Positions 50,289 to 60,523 of a stretch of 64,000 bases of DNA are shown piece by piece (position 1 is the first letter of the stretch; each line of letters begins with the position of its first letter). A program made the position numbers and the translations under genes. The notes below the pieces were generated by a model. The model was not told the origin of the DNA, ran no database searches, and saw only the letters and a program-made list of their open reading frames with translations. This stretch comes from Candidatus Cloacimonadales bacterium (GTDB taxonomy: Bacteria > Cloacimonadota > Cloacimonadia > Cloacimonadales > DAONDQ01), in NCBI GenBank assembly GCA_963662275.1, contig OY759316.1, positions 704,001 through 768,000 of the forward strand, given 5' to 3'.

Positions 50289-52158
50289 ATAGGGGTAGGG
50301 GAGTAATCCATTACTGGCTCCCCTCCCTCCGAACCGTACGTGCGGTTCTCCCGCATACGGCTCTCCAGAAAACGAGTTCTCATTTAAGAGATTGACATAA
50401 TTCCTGATGGGCTTTGGTTAATGAGAAAAACCCAGCATTATCAAAGATGTAATTTGGATACCTGATATTGTCTTTTCCTGTGGCAATACCATAGCGCTTT
50501 TTCCTCTTTCTGAGGATACTGCGTAGCCTGTGTCTTACCCAGCCATCCAAGTTAGGAAAGACTGTTTTGTAACAGTGTTTGTAATACTCGAACCAACCTC
50601 TTTGAATCGGCTTGATTTTAGCTATTATGGTTTGTAAGCTGTGGGCATTACTGCGTCCGGTACATTTACGGATGCTGTCTTTGAACTTGTTGATACTCTT
50701 CTGTCTGGGGTATCTTTTACCCTTGAAGAAGTGGTATCCTAAAAATTCCACCGCTTCCGTTTCTGCGTCCAGTATTTTAGTCTTTTCAGGATGCAAAACC
50801 AGACCTGCTTTTTCAACCCATTCGCCTATTGTACATAAAGCCATTTCTGCTTCCTCTCGACTTTGACACATGACTACAAAATCATCCGCATAGCGTATCA
50901 TTCTATAGCCTTTGCCTGCCATAAGCCAGTCCAGAGGATTCAGATAAATGTTTGCCAGTAATGGACTGATAACTGCTCCCTGAGGTGTTCCCGTTTCCGG
51001 TGTCCAGGTTGACGTTGTATCCATTACTTTTTGATTCAAATAGTCATTGATAAGATTCAGAACTTTCCCGTCTGCTATCTTTTCTCCTACACGCTTCATC
51101 AGCTTGTCCTGCGGTATACTGTCAAAGTATCCTTTCAGGTCTGCATCCACAACAAAGACGTATCCCTGCTTGAGAAGTCCATCGACTTGTCTTAAAGCAT
51201 CTTTGCAGTCGCGTTTGGGACGAAAGCCATAACTGTGTTCGGCAAATCCCTGTTCAAATATCGGTTCGATTACATTGCGCAGTGCTGTTTGTACTACTCT
51301 GTCCGTGACGGTCGGTATGCCCAAAGGTCTCTTTTCCTTACTGCCCGGTTTATCTATCCAGACACGTTTGATTCCATTGGGTTGATACGCTTCCTTTTGC
51401 AACAGTTCGGAGGTTCGTACTAATCTTGCCAGCGCATGTCTTTTGTAGTGCTGGATGCTGACATTGTCGATACCGGCACTACCTCTGTTGGATGCCACGT
51501 GTTTCCAAGCTGATGCAAGGTTTGCCATGGCATATACCTTGTCTATCAGACTGAACCATTTTCCACCTTTGACGCCCATTTCGAGCGCTGCCAACATTTT
51601 GTCAGACCATACTGACGGTTCCACCCAACTCCATTGCGGAGGGATTTCTCGTTCTTGTTTAGCCGTTTTCGGCAATAATGAACGTTGATCTTCCATCAAT
51701 ACTCCTTTCAAAATTCATTTTCCTGTGCCCCTTCGCTACTTTCAGGTTATAGTGTCCTGAATATCATCGCTACTATGAACACTCTGACTCCTGCTGATGT
51801 CTCTTCCCATCAGCAGGTCTCATAGCTTGAGATAGAAACCTTCACAACATTCCGTCTCCAGTCACTTGATACAATCAGTACATGGCTTTTGCACGTCATC
51901 TCAGCCTGTCTGCCATCTTCCGGGGGAAACTCCGGTTCACCCGAAGTGCATCATTCCAGAAGATTTTGGTCTTCGCTTAAGGCTAGCAAGCTCGACATTG
52001 TATCCTGCCGAATCGAGTTCGTTATCCTACGGACTGCTGTTTCGTCATTTGTTACTCCCCACCCCATCTCACGATGAAGCAGTTACATAGACTACCAGGC
52101 ATGACGTAGCCTGAAATGGGACTTGCACCCATCCGATTTCTATCTATCACTATCGTAC
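50289..52158 (-). mobile_element. Group II intron, IIB-type (class E/F-like), 1870 nt
   Basis: 5' GTACG...GGGTGCAAGTCCC; full-length DV GAGCCGTATGCGGGAGAACCGCACGTACGGTTC; 3' ACCCCTAT; removing it restores a repeat unit. Confidence 0.9.
50380..51696 (-). CDS. ltrA: Group II intron reverse transcriptase/maturase
   Basis: GGKWFSLIDKV, RPLGIPTVTDRVVQ, GTPQGAVISPLLANIYL and RYADDF motifs. Confidence 0.95.
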   Translation of the reverse strand: MEDQRSLLPKTAKQEREIPPQWSWVEPSVWSDKMLAALEMGVKGGKWFSLIDKVYAMANLASAWKHVASNRGSAGIDNVSIQHYKRHALARLVRTSELLQKEAYQPNGIKRVWIDKPGSKEKRPLGIPTVTDRVVQTALRNVIEPIFEQGFAEHSYGFRPKRDCKDALRQVDGLLKQGYVFVVDADLKGYFDSIPQDKLMKRVGEKIADGKVLNLINDYLNQKVMDTTSTWTPETGTPQGAVISPLLANIYLNPLDWLMAGKGYRMIRYADDFVVMCQSREEAEMALCTIGEWVEKAGLVLHPEKTKILDAETEAVEFLGYHFFKGKRYPRQKSINKFKDSIRKCTGRSNAHSLQTIIAKIKPIQRGWFEYYKHCYKTVFPNLDGWVRHRLRSILRKRKKRYGIATGKDNIRYPNYIFDNAGFFSLTKAHQELCQSLK

Positions 52159-52335
52159 TAACACCCGGGCGTAAGCCCGGCGGGAGAGACACAAGAATAA
52201 CGTGACACAATCTTCTTCTGCTGCTTCTTCTTCTTCCTTCTCCATCCCATCGGGATGTTCTTTCTATAACGCTCGGGCGTAAGCCCGGCGGGAGAGATAC
52301 AAGAATAACGTGACACAATCTTCTTCTGCTTCTTC

Positions 52336-54228
52336 GGAGATGTCCCGAAACTAGCATGATTTTATTTTCTTCTGTTGTAAAATATGTGATTGTTTTTACA
52401 GGCAAACTAAATTACTCAATAGTTTCCGAAAAGCGATGCAAAGACAAGGAAAAACGGAGTAATATTTACCTAATTCATGTTTGAATTCTGGTAGGAAGAG
52501 TCTTCATCAGGCTTTTCCTTCAGTATTTTGTAAGTGCAGAAACATTTTCCCTATATTATGTCCTAAAAAGAGGAGGGATAACTGTTCCTTGCATTTTCTC
52601 AATGAACGGACAGTAAATCTCTCAAACTTCCTGTTCCACTTCATGAAAGCAAATACAGCCTCCGGTTCGATGCCTCTTTGCTTTCTCAGCTTGTCGCCTT
52701 TTTCAGAAAGCAGATTATTGACTGTCTGACGTTTTAGTGGAGCTATATGAGGATCGTAGGTCAGTGATTTATGAGTTTTATCCTTGTAGGGAATACACTT
52801 TTTATTGTGAGGACATTCTCTGCAGTCATTACATATATAGGTTTTCACGATTCGTTTCGGACCGTTCTTCTCTGTCTCTTCTTCCTTGATTTTGACCAGT
52901 CTCCGATTAAATTGACAGACCCACTCATCATGCTCCTCATCATAGCTGAAGCCTGTCAGAAGAGAGTCCCGATAATCTCTCTTATAATCCTGGGTCTTGA
53001 GATAGCTTGTTATCTCTTTTTCAGCAGCATAATTCAAATTCAGCGCAGTGCCATAGGCAGCATCTCCAACAACGTCGGTAGGATATTGTCCCAATTCATC
53101 ATGCATTTGCTCCATGAGATTGGGAAATTCAACGGTTTCTTTAGGGATATTGAATAAGTGAATGCCTGTGACAAATTGCTCTGAAGTTCCGATACTGGCA
53201 ACATAACCCGGTGCCAGCTGTCCATTTTTCAATCGCATAAATGTGGCATCATTATCAGTCTTGGATGTGCTGCTGCGTCCTTCTCCAATTATCTCAAGCT
53301 GTTGCTCATATTTCTCCAGCTTAGTTATATCATTGCTCTTTGATTTGGAGATTTCGCGCAAAAGAGATTTGATTTTCTTGATAGCCCGAGTATCTGACGG
53401 ATGATTTTTCTGTAGTCGGGACATTGCTTCTTTCAGCTTGTTTTCTGCTGAGACCAGTCTATCTCTGATCTGTTCAGATGCGACTGTAGCAGTTTTCTCT
53501 GATTCAACCGCATGCAATTGCTCACCAAGCTCAAGAAGATCAGCGGTTCCATATTGCTGTTGCTCTTCCTGATTATATTCCTCGATCTTTTTAAACAATC
53601 CCTCAACTCGTGTCTTGACCAGTTCCTGATAACGAAGCGCATTGCTTTTCCAGATGTAGGAATTCTTGCCGGCATTTGCGTGAATCGTCGTCCCGTCAAC
53701 AAAACAGGTGTCGAGATCAAGATATCCTAATGATGATGCTTTCAGTACTACCTGATAAAATACATCAATAAGAATATCAGAACACTTAGTCCAGGCAAAG
53801 GTGTTGATCGTTCTGAAATCAGGTTCCTGTTCTCCTGCCAGCCAGATAAAATTGATGTTCTCCCGAACAGCCTTAGCTATCTTCCGACAGGTATAAATAC
53901 CATTGATATAGGCATACACAATGATCTTCAACATCATCTTGGGATGATAAGCAGGTGTACCTTCATCAGAGTATCTTGTGTATAGCTCAGATAAGTCCAG
54001 TTGCTCAACGACATCGTTAACATAACGAACCATGTGCTGGGGAGGTATTCTCTCTTCAATATTAAGTCCATAGAGTGTCCCCTGATTCGGATTGTGCTCT
54101 CTGAAATTCATAATTCTCTCTATGCTTAGTTTTTAAAGGCAACAATACACCCTATAACAATATGTCAAGTAATATGATTAATATTTAATAGTTGCTATTT
54201 TTCTATCATTTAGTTTCGGGACATCTCC
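52336..54228 (-). mobile_element. IS1182-family insertion sequence
   Basis: Perfect 18-bp terminal IRs GGAGATGTCCCGAAACTA / TAGTTTCGGGACATCTCC; no target duplication seen. Confidence 0.9.
52507..54111 (-). CDS. IS1182-family DDE transposase
   Basis: GTPAYHPKMMLKI, PDFRTI, VDGTTIHANA, SKTDNDATFMR, GDAAYG, Cys cluster and EPEAVFAFMK. Confidence 0.92.
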   Translation of the reverse strand: MNFREHNPNQGTLYGLNIEERIPPQHMVRYVNDVVEQLDLSELYTRYSDEGTPAYHPKMMLKIIVYAYINGIYTCRKIAKAVRENINFIWLAGEQEPDFRTINTFAWTKCSDILIDVFYQVVLKASSLGYLDLDTCFVDGTTIHANAGKNSYIWKSNALRYQELVKTRVEGLFKKIEEYNQEEQQQYGTADLLELGEQLHAVESEKTATVASEQIRDRLVSAENKLKEAMSRLQKNHPSDTRAIKKIKSLLREISKSKSNDITKLEKYEQQLEIIGEGRSSTSKTDNDATFMRLKNGQLAPGYVASIGTSEQFVTGIHLFNIPKETVEFPNLMEQMHDELGQYPTDVVGDAAYGTALNLNYAAEKEITSYLKTQDYKRDYRDSLLTGFSYDEEHDEWVCQFNRRLVKIKEEETEKNGPKRIVKTYICNDCRECPHNKKCIPYKDKTHKSLTYDPHIAPLKRQTVNNLLSEKGDKLRKQRGIEPEAVFAFMKWNRKFERFTVRSLRKCKEQLSLLFLGHNIGKMFLHLQNTEGKA

Positions 54229-54805
54229 GTTCTTTCTATAACGCTCGGGCGTAAGCCCGGCGGGAAAAGCTCTAAAATAACGGGACACTATCTTCTTCTG
54301 CTTCTTCTTCTTCCTTCTTCATCCCATCGGGATGTTCTTTCTGTAACGCTCGGGCGTAAGCCCGGCGGGAGAGGATCGAGAATACGGGACACTATCTTCT
54401 TCTGCTTCTTCATCCTATGGGGATGTTATTTTTATAAATGTACTCTGCTAGCCCAGGAAGTCCTTCCTGGGTTGAGATGGCACGACAACGTTTGAGTTCG
54501 GTAGGACGGCACAATACATATACCGAAGCAATCAACGCCTGAAGGAGTTACCACACAGGCTAAAGGAGTTGCCACCAATCGTATTACGGCTTGTTAAGCC
54601 GTTAATAGAGTGGTTGTTAACCCCGAATCTCTATATACCAGAACTTTGTAAGATGTTATGAGGTTTGGGTGAATCATAAATCTAAAACTTAAATTGATTG
54701 TTACTAATTCAAGTATTCTGCTGAAGTAATTTCGTTGACACATTTATTTAGAACATCATTACTGCCATAGAAATCGAAAATCATCATTTGAAGGGCAGTG
54801 AAAAT

Positions 54806-55660
54806 ATGGAAATTATTGATAGCTTTCATTCTTCAGTTCCCCAAATCCTATATAAATATCGCTCATGGTCTGATGTATATCACAAAAGATTATTAACAAA
54901 CTGTGAGTTGTATTTTCCATCTCCATTAAAATTCAATGATCCATTCGATAGTTGTGTTGCTTTAACACCTTATGGATCAAAATCAGATATTTTGCTCTTA
55001 GGAATCGAATTATTAAGGACTCAGAATCCAGGAATGCCTTATAAGGAAGCTTTGAAAAGAGCCAAGATAGTGAATAAAGAACAAAATTATAGAAATGAAG
55101 AAATGATAAAAGAACAACATAGGCAGATGCTTGAAAGCAATTACGGAGTATGTTCTCTAACCTCTGATTTTGATAACCTTGTTATGTGGTCTCATTACTC
55201 AAACTCTCATGAAGGATTTTGTATTGGACTGGATGTTGATTTATTAGTTCATGATATATATAGACAAATACCAGATTATTCTCCAGATAAACTATTCTTA
55301 TTATGCGATGAAGTAATTTATTATACAGATTATCCTGAACTATGGTACAAACTAGCTCCAAAAAATAATGATACTCGCACAATTGATGAAATATACAGAG
55401 AAGCTTTGCAGCCACTATTTGCCAAATCGAAACAATGGGAATATGAGAAAGAGTGGAGATTGATTACTTTTCAAAGAAATGATTTAACTTTAACTTTTTT
55501 CACTCCGGCAATCAAATCTATTTATCTTGGATGCAAAATGATAGCCAAGCATAGAGCAGAGATTTTGACTATCATCGAGCATAGGTATCCAGGACTACAG
55601 GTTTATCAAATGAAAATGAAAGCAAAGGAGTTTGGCTTAGATTATGAGCAAATTCTATGA
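54806..55660 (+). CDS. DUF2971-like protein
   Basis: LYKYR, FNDPFD, MWSHYSNSHEGFCIG, KSKQWEYEKEWR and IYLG motifs. Confidence 0.8.
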   Translation: MEIIDSFHSSVPQILYKYRSWSDVYHKRLLTNCELYFPSPLKFNDPFDSCVALTPYGSKSDILLLGIELLRTQNPGMPYKEALKRAKIVNKEQNYRNEEMIKEQHRQMLESNYGVCSLTSDFDNLVMWSHYSNSHEGFCIGLDVDLLVHDIYRQIPDYSPDKLFLLCDEVIYYTDYPELWYKLAPKNNDTRTIDEIYREALQPLFAKSKQWEYEKEWRLITFQRNDLTLTFFTPAIKSIYLGCKMIAKHRAEILTIIEHRYPGLQVYQMKMKAKEFGLDYEQIL

Positions 55661-55719
55661 ACAAAGATATTTTGACTATGCATATATGAGAATCTTAGTT
55701 ATAAATAAAAGGGAACCAT

Positions 55720-58700
55720 ATGTCGATTATAAATGAGTTTATCGATGCTTTGCAAATTGAGATTGATGAATGTAAGAAAGGAAAGGGCGGTAACAAGGTT
55801 TCTATTACTAATGGAATCTTAATTCGTCAGGATTCAGATTCGTTTATTTATGAGTTTTCAATGGATAGCATTCTACAGGTATTAGACGGAACCCCTGCCA
55901 GCATTGAAATCAGAGGAAAAGAGTATGAATGTGAAGTAATTTCAACAAATGGAAATAAAATACAACTTAACCTTCAACAACTTGTTGCTCAACAAGTACC
56001 ATCAGCAAAATTGAAAATCAATACTTGGTTTTTGTATGAAAGACTTAAGAAAAAATATGAAGATAATTTGAATTGCATTTCAAGATTCAATAATAGTATG
56101 AGATTCTTCGAAGGTCTGGATTCCAAAATATGCGATACAGAAGTAATACCTTCATATGTGGATAGAGAAGATTCGCTCAACCCTTCACAGAAAGAGGCTG
56201 TCAAATCTTCACTCAATGATTTCAAATCTATCATTTGGGGACCACCGGGTACTGGTAAAACCCTGGCAATTTCAAGAGCAATTGCAAATCATATTAATCT
56301 GGGTCGCAAAGTTCTTCTTGTTTCGCATTCAAACAATGCCGTTGATCAAGCGCTCATAAAAACAGCCGATTATATATATCAAAAACAACCAACGAATGAA
56401 TACTCAGAATTCAAGCTTGTTAGATTTGGAATTCCTCAAAAGGACAAATACGATGAGATAAAGAAAGATTTTAAGTTATTACTAATAGAAGATATAGTTA
56501 GAGAAAAGTCATTAGTGTTAGTTAAAGAGAAAGATGAACTAACACAGAAGTGTAATCAAATCAAAGAAATAAGGGAACAGTTTAGTTCTTATGACTCATA
56601 TATCCAAGAAAACGTAAGATTAACTACCAATTACAATAACGAAAAAACTCAGTTTGAATCTCAAAAAGAAGAACTTATCGAATTAAGAGAAAAGCATCAT
56701 TTACAAACTTTGAAGCTTTCAAAAGCTCAAACTGCTGGTATTTTGCAAAGGACTTTCTTAGGTTTGAATGAACAAAAGATACAAGTGAATTTACAGAATA
56801 TTCAAAGAAAAATTAATGAAACAGAAGTACTAATAAATAAATCAAATGTGCAGTTAAACATGCTTTCAAAAGATATCATTACTAATCAAAAGAATTTGGA
56901 AACCTCGAAATCAATTGTTTCCGCAAGATTGTTGGAACTGGGGAAAAGAACCATTGATATTGGGCATGAAATTTCTATTTTAACAAAAGAGTATGAAAAT
57001 TATCAGTTGCGTCTAAACATAATAAATCAAACAATCAACGATTTGAAAGCTAAAATACTTAGTGAAGCAATGCTCATTGCTACAACACTGACGAAATCAT
57101 ATCTATCAAAAGAACTTGAGAATTTGGATTTTGATATCCTAATCGTTGATGAAGTAAGTATGGCTCCAATGCCTATGCTTTTCTGGGCTATTTCAAAAGC
57201 AAAAAAAGGTGTTACTATTATCGGTGATTTCAAACAATTACCGCCGATATGTATTTCCAAAGATGAGTTAGCAATCAAATGGCTTGGTAAGAGCATTTTT
57301 GACTTGCTAAAAATTCACAACTATTCAAGCGCTCAAACCAACGGAGTTAAATTACTCGGAGAGCAATTCAGAATGAATAAATCAATTTGTGATTTAGTCA
57401 GATCAAATATATATGAGAATAAACTGCATGATTCTACTCATGTAAAAGATAATGTAATTCTTGATGGAATAAGTGGTACTTCTGCAATCTGTTTAATTGA
57501 TACTTCCCCGGCACAATCCATGGTGTTGTCAATTAGATGAGGGAGGAAGATATAACCCAATCAATGCAATGATCTGTATTTCATTGATAAAAATGATTTG
57601 GAATGATATTGTGAAAGATAAAACAATCGGGGTTATTACACCATATCGAAATCAAGCAAAGTTAATCCAAAAAATGATAGATGATGATAAGAAAATTAAA
57701 TCCAAAATCAGTGTTAATACTGTTCATAGTTTCCAAGGGGGCGAATTTGACATTGTCATTTTTGATAGTGTAGAAGGTGATGGAGCAAAAAAATGGTCGA
57801 TAATAAAAGACTCAGATAAACAAGATGCTCATCTTTTACTGAATGTTGCAATCACAAGGGCTAAATGTAAACTATATGTTGTATCTAATAAACAATATAT
57901 TGATAAATGTTTCGAAGCGAGTTCATTTTTTAGAATCACACTTAATGAAATAGTAGAGAATGGGATATCGGTATTATCAACAAGTGTGTTTTCAACTTTA
58001 AAAGACGAAAATTATGATAAATGGATAGATATAATCAACGCAAGAATCGATGAACCAATTCATTTTGGGAACGGGTTTTCTCATGATGAATTCTGGCCTA
58101 GTTTCCATAACGATCTACTAAAAGCAAAATCGGAATTAATTATCTTTTCTCCATTTCTTACAAGCGAACGATTAGGAAAACTACAATTACTATTAATTTC
58201 TTTATTAAAAAAGAACATAAAGATATATATAGTAACGCTTTCTCCAAAACAAGCACCGGCAATTATGAATGACACACCTATCGTTATTAGCAAATTGAAA
58301 GAATTAGGCATATGTGTTAAATTTCGAAATAACATGCATGAGAAAATCGCTATCATTGATCGTAACATTAAATGGATAGGTAGTTTGAATATATTAAGTC
58401 ATAATACCAGAACAGAATATATGGAGAGATTTGAAGGTGAAAAATCAGCAAAGGAATTGTTTGATAGGTTTGAGCTTGAAGATTTACTTATGAAACCTAA
58501 TATCAATGGTGAAAAGTGTCCTAGCTGTGCAAGTGGTTTCATAGAAACAAAATATAACCAACGTCAGAAGAAGTATTTTTATGGCTGTTCGGGTTTTCCA
58601 GATTGTGATTTTACTGCTGAAGTCTCGATTACAGCTTTAGATCAGATAAATTACCATCAAACAAAGAAGACAAACACAGTTACAAAATCAAACATGTCAC

Positions 58701-58843
58701 AAAAAGTAACAAAAAGTAGGGTATCCAAGAAACATGTTGGAGAGGATGAATATGAGACATCCGAATGTTACTGGAGAAAAGATAAAGCACCAGGTTTTAC
58801 TTATGCAGCTTCAAGAAATGAATGGTACAAAAAAAAGAAGTAA
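55720..58843 (+). pseudogene. SF1 (Upf1/DNA2-like) helicase-coiled coil-PLD nuclease-Zn ribbon protein split by a +1 frameshift (ORFs 55720-57540 and 57497-58843)
   Basis: GPPGTGKT, DEVSM, GDFKQLPP and QFRM in ORF1; ITPYRNQ, TVHSFQGGE, NVAITRAK, HEKIAIID...GSLN and CPSC...GCSGFPDC in ORF2; deleting one C at 57506-57509 fuses them into 1040 aa. Confidence 0.85.
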
Positions 58844-58898
58844 TTCAATTTTTGATTTAATGACATGAAGCAATCAGCTTTGTTCTTTCAGATTAGTC

Positions 58899-58961
58899 AT
58901 GTCGTTTCTATCGACATGTTCCAATAACGTGTCGATTTTAGAGACAAAAAAACGACACGTA
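58899..58961. repeat. Double-hairpin direct repeat downstream of fic
   Basis: ATGTCG-N7-CGACATGTT...AACGTGTCGATTTT...AAAAACGACACGTA. Confidence 0.85.
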
Positions 58962-58970
58962 TTGTTTCTG

Positions 58971-60053
58971 TCATGCAGTCAGTACTTTAATCAAAGCAGG
59001 ATGTTTATAGATAGTTTCTTTTCCAATTTTGGTTGATTCGAGAATGCCAATTCTTTCTAATTCTCGCAGATATACAGATGCAGCTTGTCTTTTTACAATA
59101 CCAGCCTCAACAAGAAAAGCTATCTTGCAATAAGGCTGACGAAAGATAAGCTCAATAAGCTCTTTAGAGTATATGGTTGGAAGTTGAGTTCTGCATTTTT
59201 CTACTGTTGAATCGAAAAGATCTCGAATGGTTATGATTCGATTTGTTGTCCAAAGGGCTGTCTGTTCAATTCCTTCCAGCATAAACACAATCCATGGTTC
59301 CCATTCTTCATATTCTGTAACTCTTTCCAGTAATCTGTAGTATTCGGGTTTATTCTGTATAATATAACGACTCAGATAGAGAACAGGAATTTGCAGCAAG
59401 CCTGAATTAACGAGTAATAGAATATTAAGAATTCTACCTGTACGTCCGTTCCCATCAGTAAAAGGATGAATCGCTTCAAACTGGTAATGACATACAGCCA
59501 TCCTGATCAAAGGGTCAAGGTCACTTTCTTTCAATATGAAATCTTCGAGATTCTGCATCAGCTCCTTAACTATTTTACCACCTGCGGGTGGAGTATATGT
59601 TCTGGTTCCTCTATTTGGGTTTCCAATGTAAACTTGTTCATTCTGTGTGCGGAAATTGAAAGGTTTGTCGTGGATAAGACTGCAGATTTCTTTAATCAAA
59701 GTCAATGATAGTGGTTTTGATGCCAACGATTCATATCCGTATTTAAGAGCTTTCCGATAATGAAGAACTTCTTTGGTAGGCTGGTCGGTAACATTTGATT
59801 CATCCAAAGTACCTCTGAACAGTTCATCCTGTGTTGTGACAATGTTCTCAATTTCAGAACTCAGCTTTGCTTCCTGTAAAGGAATTGCGTTAATCAGAAT
59901 TGCCTGGTCAGGAATAATGCCGCCACAGCCTTTCAATTCAGCTAACGCCCTGGTTGCAGAAAGACACTTTTTCAAGACTGCCTTGGTTTCAAGTTCGATA
60001 TTCGGTGGTAAGGGAGGTAAAACATCATAAGGTCTCTGTGGATCATTCTGCAT
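58971..60053 (-). CDS. Fic-family AMPylase, class II (N-terminal inhibitory helix, C-terminal wHTH)
   Basis: SSEIEN inhibitory motif and HPFTDGNGRTGR catalytic motif. Confidence 0.93.
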   Translation of the reverse strand: MQNDPQRPYDVLPPLPPNIELETKAVLKKCLSATRALAELKGCGGIIPDQAILINAIPLQEAKLSSEIENIVTTQDELFRGTLDESNVTDQPTKEVLHYRKALKYGYESLASKPLSLTLIKEICSLIHDKPFNFRTQNEQVYIGNPNRGTRTYTPPAGGKIVKELMQNLEDFILKESDLDPLIRMAVCHYQFEAIHPFTDGNGRTGRILNILLLVNSGLLQIPVLYLSRYIIQNKPEYYRLLERVTEYEEWEPWIVFMLEGIEQTALWTTNRIITIRDLFDSTVEKCRTQLPTIYSKELIELIFRQPYCKIAFLVEAGIVKRQAASVYLRELERIGILESTKIGKETIYKHPALIKVLTA

Positions 60054-60146
60054 TTTGATCCCTCCAATGTTGTACGAGATATGCTATAATCAGATATTCG
60101 GTATTATTTTGTCAAGAAACATAGCAGTATTTTCAATAAATTCGAT

Positions 60147-60208
60147 ATGTCGCTGCAAACGACATGTTCTCATAACGTGTCGATTTTGTGATTGAAAATC
60201 GACACGTA
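60147..60208. repeat. Double-hairpin direct repeat upstream of fic
   Basis: ATGTCG-N7-CGACATGTT...AACGTGTCGATTTT...AAAATCGACACGTA. Confidence 0.85.
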
Positions 60209-60325
60209 AAGATTCTTAATTAATTTTAGGCTTTAAATTTAACTAAGGAAACAAAGGAAGTGCGAAGTCCGAAGTACGATGTAAGAAAGAAGACAAGATA
60301 CCATAAGATTGGAATTATGGTTAAC

Positions 60326-60441
60326 AACCGTCTGAAGGCGGAGCTACAACCAGCAGGAACGGCGTCCTACTCTACGAAGAAAGACAGTAGGATCGGCATC
60401 CTACTCCACGAAGATAGATAGCAAGAACGGAGTCTTACTCA
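60326..60441. repeat. Cluster of GTAG-type REP-like hairpins
   Basis: CCGTCTGAAGGCGGAGCTAC; AGCAGGAACGGCGTCCTACT; AGTAGGATCGGCATCCTACT; AGCAAGAACGGAGTCTTACT. Confidence 0.7.
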
Positions 60442-60523
60442 ACAATAAAAAAAATCCTTGCTCAATTTATTAAAAATCTACATCTTGGAAAAATGAATAA
60501 AATTAAGATAAAAAGGAGTCATC

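Larger units (their letters stand above)
50250..54430. repeat. Tandem ~100-bp hairpin repeat array (4 units plus a partial unit) interrupted by an intron and an IS
   Basis: Unit: TCTTCTTCTGCTTCTTC...ATCCCATCGGGAT-GTTCTTTCTATAACGCT-CGGGCGTAAGCCCGG-CGGGAGAG...GACAC; hairpins at 52165, 52274, 54246 and 54351; inverted solo copy at 50131-50153. Confidence 0.9.

Noticed and set aside
20198..51696. RTs as retron, DGR or defence RTs
   Set aside because: All three have maturase domains and flanking DV/DVI intron structure; no template/variable repeat pair was seen
52159..54430. CRISPR array or attC cassette array
   Set aside because: Units are near-identical with no unique spacers or cassette ORFs, no cas or integrase gene is present, and there is no RYYYAAC/GTTRRRY pair
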